Of a stretch of DNA of 64,000 bases, positions 26,491 to 40,000 are shown piece after piece; position 1 is the stretch's first letter; every line of letters begins with the position of its first letter. The stretch comes from Vicugna vicugna (lineage: Eukaryota). A model generated the notes under the pieces. That model was not told the origin of the DNA. It did no database searches and saw nothing but the letters and a program-made list of their open reading frames with translations. The stretch lies in contig MU058065.1 of NCBI GenBank assembly GCA_013265495.1, positions 10,519,720 to 10,583,719 of the forward strand. The letters run 5' to 3'. Made by a program: the position numbers and the translations under genes.

Positions 26491-29400
26491 GTAATAACAC
26501 CCACTCTTCCCACTATTCATAATGCTACCACACATTTGGAACTGTCATTCATTTCCTAGGCAACCTATACAAAACCCAACGAGAAGTAATTACTTCTAAT
26601 TACTCCAGTTTTTATTATCCTGTAACACCAGCACGCCAGCATGGCAGAACAATACCTACTTATTTGAAACCAAACAATGACTTTTTTATATAGAACTGGA
26701 AGGAAATAAATAAATAAATAAACAAACCCTTTTTTTGTATTATTTGGATTAATATTTCTGTTGTCTCTTTTGTATCAAGCAGTAGAGCATGATACACAGG
26801 AAGATACATTTTCTTAAAATACAGTGGCAGATAACAAATTCTGAGGTCAGTGGTATCCTTTTTGATACTTCAGTTACTTCATTAAAGCAGCGGGAGATTT
26901 CTTCATAAGGCAATTTATTGAAAACTCTACAGCCTTGCACATCACATCTAATACTATAAAAAGGAATCTGGTATGATCAGTAGTGATATAATGAATACTA
27001 CTATATGAATTAATAATATTTGGCCACTTCTTAAAGTTTTAATGGCTCCATCTGTTTCTTAGTTCATTTGAAATAATTAATTTTCTCCATTTTTCTTGTG
27101 ACAGTAATTCATATATCCTAGCCTCTAGTGGGTATATACATCCCTGAACACACAGACTATTTGAGTTAAGAGAGAATGTGGAGATTGCATATCTTCTTTA
27201 ACTACCTTAACAAGAGACAATTTCACATTAGCCAGGTTGATTTTTATTTATGAAATTCAGCCTCAGGGTGGCCAAAATGGCAGAAAAAAGAGATAAATGC
27301 AGTGCTGGTGACAAGCACATAATTATTGCTACTACAACAAAGAAAATGAGATGAAATAAATCAAATAACTTTTATCATATATTCATCTGAAATTCTTGTT
27401 CTCAAAATATGCCATAGAGTGGCATATATTTACAGAATGCAATGATTATTCAGTTGTCTACTGGCTAACACTTTCTCTTATTTTTTCATATTTTGCTTTA
27501 CTTATTTACAGTTACCTAAAGGAGTGCTCACTTGAATACTGAGTTAAAGGAAATGTTCTAAGAAAATATTTTGAAACTGAACTTTAATGGAGAAAATGTT
27601 AAGAAAGTTAAAAGAATTGTTATAAAAACTGAATCTCAACTTTGTTTTACTGGCATTAGCACAGTTAGAATATTACAATATAAATTTACGGATTTTTTTT
27701 TTTTTAAGCTGAGGAACTTCTGTGTGACTGCACTGTATGGGGATTTGGCAGCCTGTGGCAGACAGCAAAGCGGATGTTGTGTAGGCAGTTGCTGACCTGA
27801 CACCTGAAGTACAGACTTTATTGTTTGTGAAGAGTATGAGGTGTCTGGCATATGTGTTTAGTATCAAGGGATTCATACCAACAGAGCTGTCATTTTAAGG
27901 GTAATTATGAATTGAGACACACCAAAGAATGGCCTTATTTAAAAATCTAGCCTTTTCTAATGCACATGAAAATATTTAATGAATAGTAATAAAAATAGTG
28001 GCACATTTTTTATTTAGATCTTAAGCTAAACCAAAATGTTTAAAGCCTATCTAGACAGAGAATTCCAACACCTTTGGTCAATCATCTGGGTAAAATACAT
28101 GTGTAGCTTTTTTTTCTTTCTTAAAGCTTTCAAATTTAAAAGACAAAAGACTTTTTTGTAATATGTAGTTCTTAAATGCAAACACATTCACAAACTAAAT
28201 TAAATTTAAAAATCTAGAAGAGAATACTAAACAATACCTGAGTTATAAGACTGCATAATTGATGAACTGGTGAACTGATGAATTTATGATGAAATCTTGG
28301 ACTGATGAATCTTATGGAAAGATTAAAAATTTAATAGGAACACAATTTTAAAAACATATAGCTAATCAAACTTCAAGATTTATAAAAATAAGTTAATGAA
28401 TACCAATACCATTTAATAAATATAGAATATACTACTTTGAAAGGTACATGTTGAATTAGTACTAATTTCACTAGAGCATTCTTCAATTTATTCATGGGCA
28501 CAGAAAGTATTTACTGAGTGCCCAATTTAATACATTGACTGTGATAGGATCATGAGATCTCTCTTCCTCACACCAAGCTCAGTTCCTGTCCTATTTATAT
28601 CTTAGCTTACCTTTTTTAAAAAAAGCAACCTGTTTAAATCAAAATACCACATTTGAAGGAACATAGCATGGAGAATGCTGCTAATGTTATGCTTTTCCCA
28701 AACATTTTTTTGCTCTTAGAATAAAACAATTTTAATAGACATTCTTCTCTAGCTATTGGCACAAGAGCCTGTGCCACACAGATCTCATGAGGAGTGGAAT
28801 GACATGAGCATATTTTCTTTTCCATGGAAGGAAATATAACGAATTTGGGAACAATTTAATCCAATTGTAGAGTGAGCTTTGTTAAAGAAAGTGGAAGCCA
28901 TCAATAAAGTGGGGGGAAAAAAAGAAGACAGCTATATTCAATTTTTCTGAAAGGGAAAGTCAAAGTTAATATCTAAATCTGAAAAATCAAGATTTGAAAA
29001 TTCAAGTATATAATTTAAAGAAATGGAGGCAAATATCAAATTCTCCAGCTAAAAGAAATGAAAGTCATTTCTTTTGGAAGAGGGAGAGAGAGCAACAGGA
29101 GACTGCTGCTTTCCGTAATGAGTCTCATTTATCTAGCTGACCAACTTGTGTGCAAATACACCTCAGGGGAAAGTTAAAATAAAATTTAAAAAGTGAATGA
29201 AAATAAAACTAAAACTAAAAACATTGAATTAAAGCTTAGTTACTAAACCAGAATCAAAACATTTACATGTGTTTTCCATGCCTGTTTATGAAGACTTTTA
29301 AAAAATAAAACAGAGGAAATCTGAGAGCCTGTCAGATAAGGTGCTATCTTTTAGTCTTGGTTATCTTTGCTCCCTTAATGTAACTTTTTAGGTAACATTT

Positions 29401-30088
29401 TACGCAAATTACTGTTTCTACTCTAATAGAAAATTAACTTTTTCCACAGTTAATTTTGTAAGCTTATATCTATGTAATACTCACTAAATCTCAAAAATTA
29501 TAGAGACATTTTATTCCAAATATTAGCCCTTTTGCTTTACATTTCAATGTATGAAGTTGTACTAGTTTAAAATAACAGGCAATAAAGCTGTATTTCACAA
29601 TGAATTAGTATATTAATTGTTAGACAAATCAGGACAGCCCATGTTTCTTCATCAATTTCCTTAAAATTTCAATGAATACAATTTTACTCTAAAATAAAGA
29701 ACATTTTCATATATCAAATAATGAATGAATGTCCTATTATGTGTGATAAATATACTTTGTTGGAATTTGAATGTCTGCTCTTGCCAGTTGCTCTCAAAAT
29801 GCTTTATGCAATTGGACTGCATATTTCCCATGTGTATTTAAATTAGTTATACATTTTTTTTTTACTAATTTAAAAATAACATATACCAGTGATTAAAGGT
29901 TATTTGAGGGAAAATGCTGTGTAAAAACACATAATCAAATATATTGAAAGTCAGTGGAAATACATGCCGTTAAGTCTGACCTAAATAAAACACGTTCGTA
30001 AAATCCCTGCTTATAAAAAAATTGTCTTTGAATTTCTAAGTTTTAAAACATATGCATGCAAATTTAAAAAAAAACTACATTTTGCTTA

Positions 30089-30480
30089 CAGTTAATTCAC
30101 ATTATTTGTAGTAACTAGGTACTAGTATAAAGTTGCTCCCAATTCTGAATTAGCAAATACTGAATTATTGCCATTAGGGGAAACACAGGGTTAAATTCTA
30201 AACCCCAGGACACAGCATTTTTTGCCAATCGATCAATACATAACCTTGTTTCATAGGTCTTTCTGTTTAAAGAGACTTTGTTGAAGGTACATTGTTGTTT
30301 CATTCATATTGAATTTATGGCCATCAGCACTGTAACTCCTGTCTGAACAAAACTTACCTTATCTCACTTCACCTTACCTTACCTGACCTTACCCATGTAT
30401 TTTCTCCATATATCACATTGCTGATTTCTTAGCCACTGGGAATACTAGGCAGCACTTCAGCAATATGCTTGGGGGCTCTT
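30089..30480 (+). mobile_element. MER82 (TcMar-Tigger) DNA transposon fossil, 3'-truncated
   Basis: Begins TA|CAGTTAATTC; colinear with the recalled MER82 consensus: 'tgaattagcaaatactgaa...ggggaaacacagggtta', 'cgatcaatacataaccttgtt', 'cagcacttcagcaatatgcttggggg'. Confidence 0.85.
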
Positions 30481-31385
30481 TCAGGGAATAGTTGAGATTA
30501 CTGTTTTATTTTTGTTCTGACCCTAAGAAGATTCCTTTCAGCTGTCTTACTCCAAGTTTATAGGAATAGCTGACAAGTAGCTAGCCTACAGTTTCATCTG
30601 TTTTGGATCTCCTCTTACGTTTATTTCACCACAACCTGCACTGTCCTTGAGAGTGACTTTAGGCTTGAAGTTCTTCACTCTCTGTTGCAAATGAAGAGAT
30701 CAAGGTCTATCTGTTTTTTACTCACTTTCTCCTTCTAAAAACCTGGAACATTTCTGAGCCTGAGCTTTGGAGCTGAGGGTAAGGACAATGCCAAGCTTCT
30801 CTGTGAATGGCACCTCTGTGCTAGGAGCCGAGCACTTGTTGGGGTGGGCAGCAGCCTGGAGTCCTTTCGGCTTGCCTCTCCTGACATGAAGACTGTCTCA
30901 GAAGCTAGGGCAAGAGTGATCAGGGCACCAGTATTCTCAACATACCATACCCAAAGTATGCCTTCCATTTCAAAAGTGGGGATTAGAGATAAGAATGGAT
31001 TCTCTACCTATTTACCACATTTTTTGAAGCTTTGCTTCAGCAACAGAGTGTGGGGACAAGATGAGAAATGCTGGCATCCTGTTCCTTCCAGAAAGAAAAC
31101 CCTCCATCTGGGTTCTGAAGAAGAGATCTTAGTTTTCTTGAGTTTAGCAATCCAGAGTGAAGTCTCTGCCATGCTGATCTGGGAGAAGAAAGGGATGGAA
31201 AGTTCTTGGTTCAAATGCCACAGATTCTTACCTTTCTAACTGAATTTTTACATATTTATGGATTTTTCATTTGTTATTACCCCTTAGGACCATTTACAGA
31301 GGCTTTAAAATACCAGTATATACTTTTCATCAATTTTATGGGGAAGCAGTTCAGAAGACCTCCTCATACTCTCATGTTGGAAGTA
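30481..31385 (-). mobile_element. Old LINE-1 5' UTR region, antisense
   Basis: 'accacaacctgcactgtccttgagagtgactttaggcttgaagttcttcactctctgttgcaaatgaa' and terminal 'cctcatactctcatgttggaagt' resemble antisense L1M 5'-end sequence. Confidence 0.6.
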
Positions 31386-34300
31386 AATCTGTTGAGTTGA
31401 GTTGTTTTAAGTGGAATCCTACTGTAAATGGTAAATCTTGGCTTCTGAGGCCCCATCCAATGCAATTATTCTGTCTCTTTTTCTTTGTTTTGTAAATTAT
31501 TTTATTTATAATATTTTTGATTTAAAGTCTAATGACAAGTTTATTTCCAAATTATTTATATAGTTTTTATTTATAAAGAAACCTAGTATATTGACTTGCT
31601 CTTAAATGATAAAATGATTTTAACTTCCTTCTTCAGTGTTGGAAAGAAACATGGAAATGTGTTCAGACTCAGAAAAATAACCAGAAAAAGGATAATTCTT
31701 TTTTCTCATAGCTATCATGTTGAAGTTTATATGCTATATTAGATATGCATGGACTATAAACATGAATAATATCAGTTGTCACACCACAAGACACTCAGTT
31801 TTTTTTTAGAAAAGTGAGATAGCTCCTTAGATAAACATTACGCAAGTGTCAGACACCAAACACAAAGACTATGGTAAACTTGCCTATTTGATTACTGTTG
31901 AATACATGGAAATTGACTTCAGTATTGCTTAACTATCACAAAACCTCAAACTTATGTCTATATATACTAACATTAATTCATTGGTAGATTTTAAGAATAA
32001 CTCAGCCTTATTGCAAAAGAGAAAAATGAATAAAGTAAATTATAATAGCTTAAGAGTCAGTTTACATGCCACTTTAAAAACACACATTAGTTTTATTTTA
32101 TACTCTTCCAGAAGACAGACTGTTATTAGCTAGCCTTAAAGTGCAACATACATACTAACCAAGTAACAAGCAAAATGTCCAAGACTACATTGGCATAATT
32201 TAACAACTGCAGCTATTGGGCAAGGCAGTCTGTGAAATTAATGATCTCTGCATGCAGAACTTCTTATATTATACTATATTGATTGGGAGAGGTATGTCCA
32301 GCTTAAATCCACAGTAGTATCTAATAGATTCTGACCCCAAGTTACTAACTAATCTCTGTTGTAAAATGAGGGTATTATCACTTCAAAAATTAAGAAAGTC
32401 ACTAAGTATCTCATTTCCTACAAGTTCCTAGTAGACTTTTAATCAAAGGGAGAATTAAGCTTGTGAAATAATGGACATGCTAGTTTTCTGCTTCAAAATA
32501 CAATAATCATAATTTAAACTGTTTAATTCTTAATTGTTGTTTGGCAATGTAACTGTGACACTGGTGTTGACTTCAGAAGATTTTTGATCAGAAACTAAAA
32601 TTGAATGTATATTCACAAGTATTAGCTGTATAAATTATTTTTTGAAAGGTAACTTTTGTATACAAGCACTGTTCAGTTATAATTGCAAAATAACAAAATG
32701 TAATAATATGAAAATAATGGCTAGTTGGCATTTATAAAGTTATATCTTTCAATTGAGTTTGAAGTGCTTTACAAACACAATTTCTTTAATCCTTACATCA
32801 TATTTCTCATGCAACCTGTTATAAAAACTGTTCAAGTTGGAATAGATAATATCTATATTTCAATTTTAGTAGATTACCTTAATATCGTGGAACTCAATAT
32901 CCAAGTAAGAGACTGTTTGTCATACCTAATGGGTGCCCCCTGAAAACTGATGACAGAATATTACCATTATTCAAATTTATATGATCAGCCTATCCTATCC
33001 AGGCTCATTTGCAATGATAGATAGATTAATAAGATTTCCCTGTACTTGTGTTCTTCTTTATACTTTTTAAAGCAAAATAGCAATACCTTGATTCTTCTGA
33101 AGGTTTGAAAGAATGACCCTATAAATTCTTTTGGTTTATTCTGAAATGATAACCTCTTTTTTAGCTCCCACCAGAAACTGTCAGCATCTTCAGAGTGAAA
33201 AACAGAATATAAGTTTAAAATCAAATTAGACTCAGAGGAGGGAAAAAATAACTAGATATAAGACAAATATTTTAGAGAAGCAGAGGGGAAATAAGCTAAA
33301 AATAAAGTTTAAATGCATTAATTATAAATAATAAACTATTAAGCATAGTTTTAAAACAATAGTTATTAGTAAGTTATATAAGTACTATCAAATGATTATC
33401 ATAGTTTATCTTATTATAAATATAATTATTATTGGATCAGGCAATAGCAGAGACCATGATGGAATTAGTTACCTGCACTGATCCCAAAGAATATTTCTGT
33501 GCCATGAAAAGTAAAATGTGTAAGCAGAAAGTTAAAGAACAGTATAATAATAAATCAAAAACAATTTATAGGGATAAAACAATCAAGCTGAATGATGCAG
33601 AGGGATCCTTGAATGATAAAGTTGAAATGGATTGATAGCTCAAAGGTTTTGTGCTTTGGAAAGCCAGGGAAATAGGAATCTTCTCAGAGAGTTGCATCAC
33701 CTAAGACATTTGCAACACTGACATCATTGGCAGTAAATGGTGTTTCTTTCTGTGACTTCATGGGCTGCAGGCATCTATGAGCAGACTAGAGAAATACATT
33801 ACTCATGAGCATAGATGGGATGCCCTTATATATTAGAGACAGTGATTTATGCTCATAATCTGATGAAGCATGAAGATACGAAGTTTCGATAGTATATAAG
33901 TTTAAAAATGTATATCCAAAGGCATAATCTATTTGGACAGGGCAAGATCATGGAAACCTAATTATAATTCAAGCCTGGGAGTTAACTTAAGCCAGTTCTG
34001 CCTTCATTTGGTTGGGTAGAGGTACATGACATGAACCCAGCTAACTGCAAAAGGGAAAAAGCAAATGGACATAGCTATACATCTCAAGCTACACATAGAC
34101 AAAAAACTAAGGTGACAGCATTCAGCAAAAATATAGTTACTAAACATATGAAGATGTTCAATTTCTCTAGTAATCTAATAAAACAAACAAAATATTTTGA
34201 AGAAGTTACTCTCATTCATTCTTAGTAAACTTTTGTGAAATTCACTTCAAGCAAACAATTTTGATGTTTTGATTCAAGTCTTAAAAATCTTTTAACATAG

Positions 34301-34521
34301 ATATTTGATTTCAACCACTTTGTTTATAAAATAATAAGAAATGTAGACAAATATTTATGAATAAATATACTATTGCAATATCATTTAAAGGACTGATTAG
34401 ATTGAATTTTTAATAATATTATTTTTAGTTATATGAGTTGTAACTTTCTTTTGTATTTTTCTATACTTTGCAAATTCACTGATACTCGATTATGTATTTT
34501 GACATATTTTTAAAGAAGGGA

Positions 34522-34990
34522 CAAAAAAAAAACCCCACAATTGCATCAGTAAAGATTAGGTACTGCTTTGAGTAAAAGAAACTCAAAATAAAAATGACTT
34601 CACAACAGAAATTCTGTTCTCAGTTAAAAGTTAGGAGATAAGTAGCCAGGACTGATATAGTAGCTCAGTTTCATGAGAATTCCAGGAGCCCAGCGTCATT
34701 TATACCACTTCACCAAGCATCTAATATAAAGTTCATCTTAATGGTGTCATCATATCCATATTTGAGAGGAAGATGGTATTGGGTCATCATTCTCCCTGAG
34801 CTGACATTTATTTCTGTGCATGTTCTGAGGCTAGAAGACAATTTAAGAGTGGTTGTAAGAGCACACATCCCTGGAAAGATAAAATAGTCACTCCCTCCAG
34901 AGAGCTTTAAAGACATGTCTCCTGTATGAAGATATCACTCCTCCCCAGAGACATCTAAGGATAGAAAACTACACCTACTTGCGAAGGAGA
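34522..34990 (-). mobile_element. Old MaLR LTR (MLT1J/K-like)
   Basis: 'tgcatcagtaaagattaggtactgctttgagtaaaagaaactcaaaataaaaatgacttcacaac...gataagtagccaggactgatatagtagctc'. Confidence 0.6.
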
Positions 34991-36947
34991 TTTGCTTACA
35001 TTTGAAACAATTAGGTAGTGTCTTCCTCACGGATGAATGTTGGGCAAGTTTGTCAACAATTCCCTTATAAAGTTAGGAGTTTCCACAAGCTGAGTGCATT
35101 GCATTAACCTTGGTCTCCTCTGCATTGCCCTCGTGGACTTGGAGATAGGGCAAGGGAGACTGATGTGAGCATGACGCTTACATTGCCTGCTGTGACCTGA
35201 GTAGAGCCCAACTATCAAAGTCCATCTGGACTCATTGGACACTACAAATGAGCGTGGTAAGTTAGCATAGGAGCTATGCTGCTGCTTAGGAACTGCTTGA
35301 CTGCTTCACTTAACAGAGGGGAAAAAAAGAAGGAAAACTACCTATTGTTGTCCTATTGCATTAATCATGCTAAAAAGGGAAATAGATGGTTAGCAAGAAT
35401 GCAATGCAGAGTAAAATAAAACTCATTTATGAATGTATGACTATACACATACAAGCAAATATCAAGATATCTGAATAATTTAGACCACTCGATGAATGAA
35501 GAATATTACATTTAATGTTTTGAATAATGTATTTTAAATCACAGCCAGATTTTAAGAGAATTTTTAGAAGACAAATGTTAAAAGACAGGTGTAAAATAAG
35601 AGATAAAAGAAGGTAAACTTCCAGCCAGTATGTCCTCAGGAAGATATCCAGTTGACAGTCAGGGTAGAAGCACTGTCAGAATATACATGGATGGGGTGTA
35701 AGAAAGAAAATGTGTTAAGAATCTGGAGGCATTAAGGTACTACCTCACAACTTCACCACTAGTTTAGTCGAATTGATTTGAATTGAGCAAAACTGAAGGT
35801 AGATTTCTAGATGGCAAGAAGTCAGGATCTATGAAATGACTTTTTCCCCTTTGAGGTTATTGTAATTGTAAAACTATAGTCCAGGAGAGGGGCTGTGAGA
35901 GGGCAAGCCAGAGTGAGAGCAAGTCATCTTGTCGCTCACTGAAAGATACATTTAAATACTCTAATTTCTCAGTCCATTTTGAGGAAGAAGTAAAATAAGT
36001 ACTAAAACTGTCAAGTATCAGATTTAGAACTTTTGTGGTAGCGGTTTTGTTTTATTTTCTGTAATTAAACCTGTTTACTCATTTTCTGAGATTTTTTTCA
36101 CCAGGTGTAAAGGTGGTTTAAGAAAGCCTAATTGTACTAAAGAATTTTAGAAGGATGTGATTTTGTTATTAATTGTCATTCATTTGCTTTATTTGCGTAT
36201 TACGATGGCCTTATCTATTTTCCAATTAGTTTCCCCTGTTTTTAGATAGCAAGTGATTCTAACAGAAAAATCTCAATGTATTTTATTATGGGTTTGGTAA
36301 AAATGCCCAATCTAGCAGATAATTACACATTCTAAGACACTTTTATAGGCCTTTATTTCATAGCCCATGAAGCTCAATATTTTGTGAATTTTATAGTCCA
36401 TGAAATAAAGAGCTGGTGTAGCAATAAGTTAAACTATTTAGGTTTCAAAAATGAGTGTTAATTCTGAGATTCATTATGCTATAGCCCAATTGCCTAGTGA
36501 ATTTGAGAGTATTTTATTTTTATCTATTTAGGGAAGATTCCTTATCACATAAACAAATTTTTACTGAAGAAAAAAGTCTGAGACCAAAGAAGTAAGGCAA
36601 AATGAGGAATAGATTTGCATATCCAATTTCCATCACAATGTAGATAGGCACATTTTTGTACCCTACAGAGTTCATTTGAGACTTATATAACCTGTGGTGA
36701 AGCTTGAAAAAAAACCTTGAAATACTGTCAAATGTAGAGAAATGCAGGACATATCAAAAGTAAAGATAATTAAAAAAGCATCAACTTGAGTCTGTGGAAT
36801 CATGGAGTATTCATTCTTAGAGTGGCTCTTATTTTGAACCAAGCCTAAATAGCTCTTCTAACCATATGAAAAGAATGAGTATCTGTGGAAAATGCACATT
36901 TATTTTAACATGGACACAAGTATTATAATTCTGCCCATGGCTTAAAG

Positions 36948-37245
36948 GAGTACATCCCAACGTGTGCTCCATGGAACTACAGTTTTGTTACAAATTAAAA
37001 AGATCTGTGAAAGAGAACTCTGTGGTTTAAAAAAAAAAAGTGGAACACTTCATTAAATCAGTTTAAAAATTTTTTGTTTCTTTTGGAGGCAGGATTTCTG
37101 AGAGATCTAAATGTGCAATGTTTAGAGCAAGGCTCCAAGAGGGTGACAGAAGTACTATTTCCCCAACTCATTTCATCATGGGACTCACTTTCCATAGAGC
37201 TTCACCTGAGGGTAGCTTTCCATAGAAAACATTAAATAAATGGTG
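36948..37245. mobile_element. hAT-Charlie MITE (MER102-like)
   Basis: 'tcccaacgtgtgctccatggaac', 'gcaggatttctgagag', 'ctccaagagggtga', 'tttccccaactcatttcatcatgggac' match a recalled hAT MITE layout. Confidence 0.6.
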
Positions 37246-37899
37246 ACAGTGATTCTATGAATTCACTCACTTTCTGATTGTTCAGACAAGGTTACTTCAC
37301 AGATAAAATTATTCTCTCTTAGCCTTATTTAATTTAGGTTTAAAGGAATAATTGGGGCATATGTTAAGAAAGGCTTTTTTCCTCTACTCTTTCTATTCCA
37401 TGCTATCATTCACATTTGATCAGTCCATTATTAAAAGGTGTCTTATTGTGAGCATCCAGTATACATACAGCATACTGGCTGTGCAGAGAGAAATAAAATG
37501 AATTCATGTTCTGGTATCAGTTTTCCTGAGGCTTACTATATGACTACCACAGTGCTAGTACCTCCGACATCATCCATTTGAACCACTCCAAGGCCACCAG
37601 TTGAGCTAGGCTGGGCCTGATCATCCCTAAATAAATAACATTAAAATAGTTCGCTGCTTTAAAATCTTTATTCTTTTTTGTTTGTTTGTATAGTGACTCC
37701 ATTTATGCAGAATTCTATAAAATTCCTTCTCCTATTTCTTAATATCTTTATTTTTGATAAGCCAGAACATACATGTCTTTTAGGAATACAATCTTTTTTT
37801 TTTTTAACTAATACGTTCTCCATTCAAATTTCATGTATTGTACAAATTCCAGTTAAATGGCTGGTTTCATTCCCAGTAGCAATCAGGAAATCTTTTTTC

Positions 37900-38040
37900 A
37901 TAATACAGTTTTATTAATTAAGAAAATGGAGTTTAGGAAAAAAAAAGATTAGTTTCCCAAACACACCGAAATAAATAAAGAACTATGATTGAAATCCAAG
38001 TCTACATAGCTGCAAACTCTTGTTCTTAAGCAGTGCAGCA
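37900..38040 (-). mobile_element. MIR fragment
   Basis: 'cagttttattaattaagaaaatggagtttagg...tttcccaaacacac...ttgaaatccaagtct'. Confidence 0.55.
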
Positions 38041-38164
38041 TGGTATTGTCTTTAATACTAACTGTTTTGTTTTCTTATTTGTCAAGACAGGAAAAATTTA
38101 TATGATTTTCTTACTTCAGTATTCTGATTTGATTTCTCCTAAGATTTATTAATACTTTTATTTT

Positions 38165-38790
38165 AAAAAGCTTAATTATGGTATAATTGAAATACATAAA
38201 CTGAATGCATTTAAAGTATTAAATTTTAGATGTATTGACATAGTTATACACCTATAAAATCATTATACTCAAGATAATGAACATATCCATTACCCCAAAA
38301 GTTTTTTGTGCCTCTTTGTAATTCCTCCATCCATCCTTTCTTCAGTCTCCTTATCCTTCCACAGCAACCACTGATTTTCTTCCTGTCAATATCAATTTAC
38401 ATACACTCAAATTTTACAAAGAATTATACAGAATGTGCTGGTTTTGGTCATGACTCTTCCACTCCACGTAGTTATTTTGGAAGTTGTATGTGTTAATAAC
38501 ATGTATCAATAGTATATGCTTTTTTATATTGCTAAGTAGTATTTCATTGCATGGATACGCCAGTTTATTTACTTACACATGTGTTGATGGACCTTCGGTT
38601 TATTTAGAGTTTTTGATTATTCCAAGTATAGCTGCCATAAACAACTGTGTTCTCACTTGGGGAAATACCTTGGAGTAGAAAGGCTGGATCATACGGTAGG
38701 TATATGTTTATCTTTGAGAAGCTGCCAAATTGTTTGACAAAGTGATTGTCTCACTGTATATTGACACAAGCAGTATAGGAGAGTTGGGAT
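38165..38790 (-). mobile_element. Old LINE-1 (L1MB/ME-type) 3' end, antisense
   Basis: 'ggtataattgaaatacataaactg', 'aagataatgaacatatccattaccccaaaagtt', 'aaataccttggagtagaaaggctggatcatacggtaggtatatgttta'. Confidence 0.9.
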
Positions 38791-40000
38791 AGATTCTCTT
38801 CAGTTTTCTGCAAGAAGTTGTATATAACTGATATATTTGTTTTTTAAATGTTTACTAGAATCCTCCAATGAAGCTATTTTGTCCTGGAGCTTTCTTTATA
38901 TGACGTTTTCACCTACAAATTCAATGCTTTTTTTTTTTAACAGATATGGAATTATTCACATTATCTACTTCTTCCTGTGTGAGCTTTTTTTGTCTTCTTC
39001 AAAGAATTTGTCCATTTTGTATAATTCCTCACATTTATTGGTATAAGAGTGTTTATAATATTTTCCTAACATGTTTTTAAACTTTGTAGTAATTTGATGA
39101 CTTGTGTCCTTTATTTTTTCTTGATATATTTAAATTATTTATCAAGTTGATAAGCTTTTTGTTTCATAGTTTAGTAGCCAGTGACCTGTCAGAAGGTTTT
39201 CTTAAATGTGTTGACAGAGTATGTATTCCACCTTTTGGTGTAGGATCTGTTTGTAAATAAATATATACCTTCAAATGTTAGGAAGTTTACAAATAAGTCT
39301 TAGCTGTCTCTTCCTGCTTTTGGAGGTCCTAATTGTCAGCCAAAAGTGAGTGTTTTGAGCCCTCTCTTTCCCAAGTCTTTTCTGGGCACACACACAACAC
39401 TGTGTATGCATGCATCTTCATATCTTCAAGAATATGTTGGAGCTTTTCGAAGTCTGCAATTTGTGATCTAGTTAACTAGGTGTTCCTTCCTTCTACTTTA
39501 GACTTTCTTGTTTGCTACTACTGAAATTGCAACATTGGGCAGCTGTGATGTTATTGGTTGAAATAGATTGTTATTATTTTTGAAAGCACCCTGGGATTAG
39601 GATTCCAGAGGTCCCCAGTTGACTGTGCTCTGGATATGGGATTAACAGAGCTTCAAAAGTGGTCAGCCCCCACAATTGGCTGTAAGTCTGTTGCCTTTTC
39701 TTTGCTACCACTTCATGGAGCTGAAGATAGAGAGGAGAGGGGTAATTTTAAGTTAAAATGTCATTGACTTGAAGTTCTCACAAGGTTTAAATGTTTCTTT
39801 ATTTGAGCTTGTTCTATGCCTGTGATTCATTGACCTCAAGTTCTCACACAGCTTAAATGTTTCTTTCTTTGAGCTTGTTCTGTGCCAGTGATTAATTTCC
39901 AGTGTTCTGAAAAAAGCTAATTTTGATCATTTTGCCAGTATTTTTGTTGCTTCTATCAGGGAGCAAATTCACTAAGGTTCTGTGAGTCCCACCTCCACAA
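38791..40000 (-). mobile_element. Old LINE-1 ORF2 and 5' fragments, antisense
   Basis: 'caaagaatttgtccattttgtataattcctcacatttattggtata', then 5'-UTR-like 'caagaatatgttggagcttttc' and 'ttttgatcattttgccagtatttttgttgctt'. Confidence 0.7.
39761..39892. repeat. 66-bp tandem duplication, two diverged copies
   Basis: 39761-39826 and 39827-39892 align without gaps; 8 mismatches by manual count. Confidence 0.95.

Noticed and set aside
27480..27570. Strong acceptor-like tract 'ttttgctttacttatttacag'
   Set aside because: All three downstream frames close within about 30 nt and no good donor follows.
28259..28315. Repeated TGATGAA/CTGA motifs resembling C/D-box snoRNA boxes
   Set aside because: Degenerate short tandem repeat; box spacing is wrong and there is no terminal stem.
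30844..31239. Longest ORF in the track (131 aa) and overlapping ORFs
   Set aside because: GTG start, lies in antisense L1 5'-like sequence, no recognisable domain or splice context.
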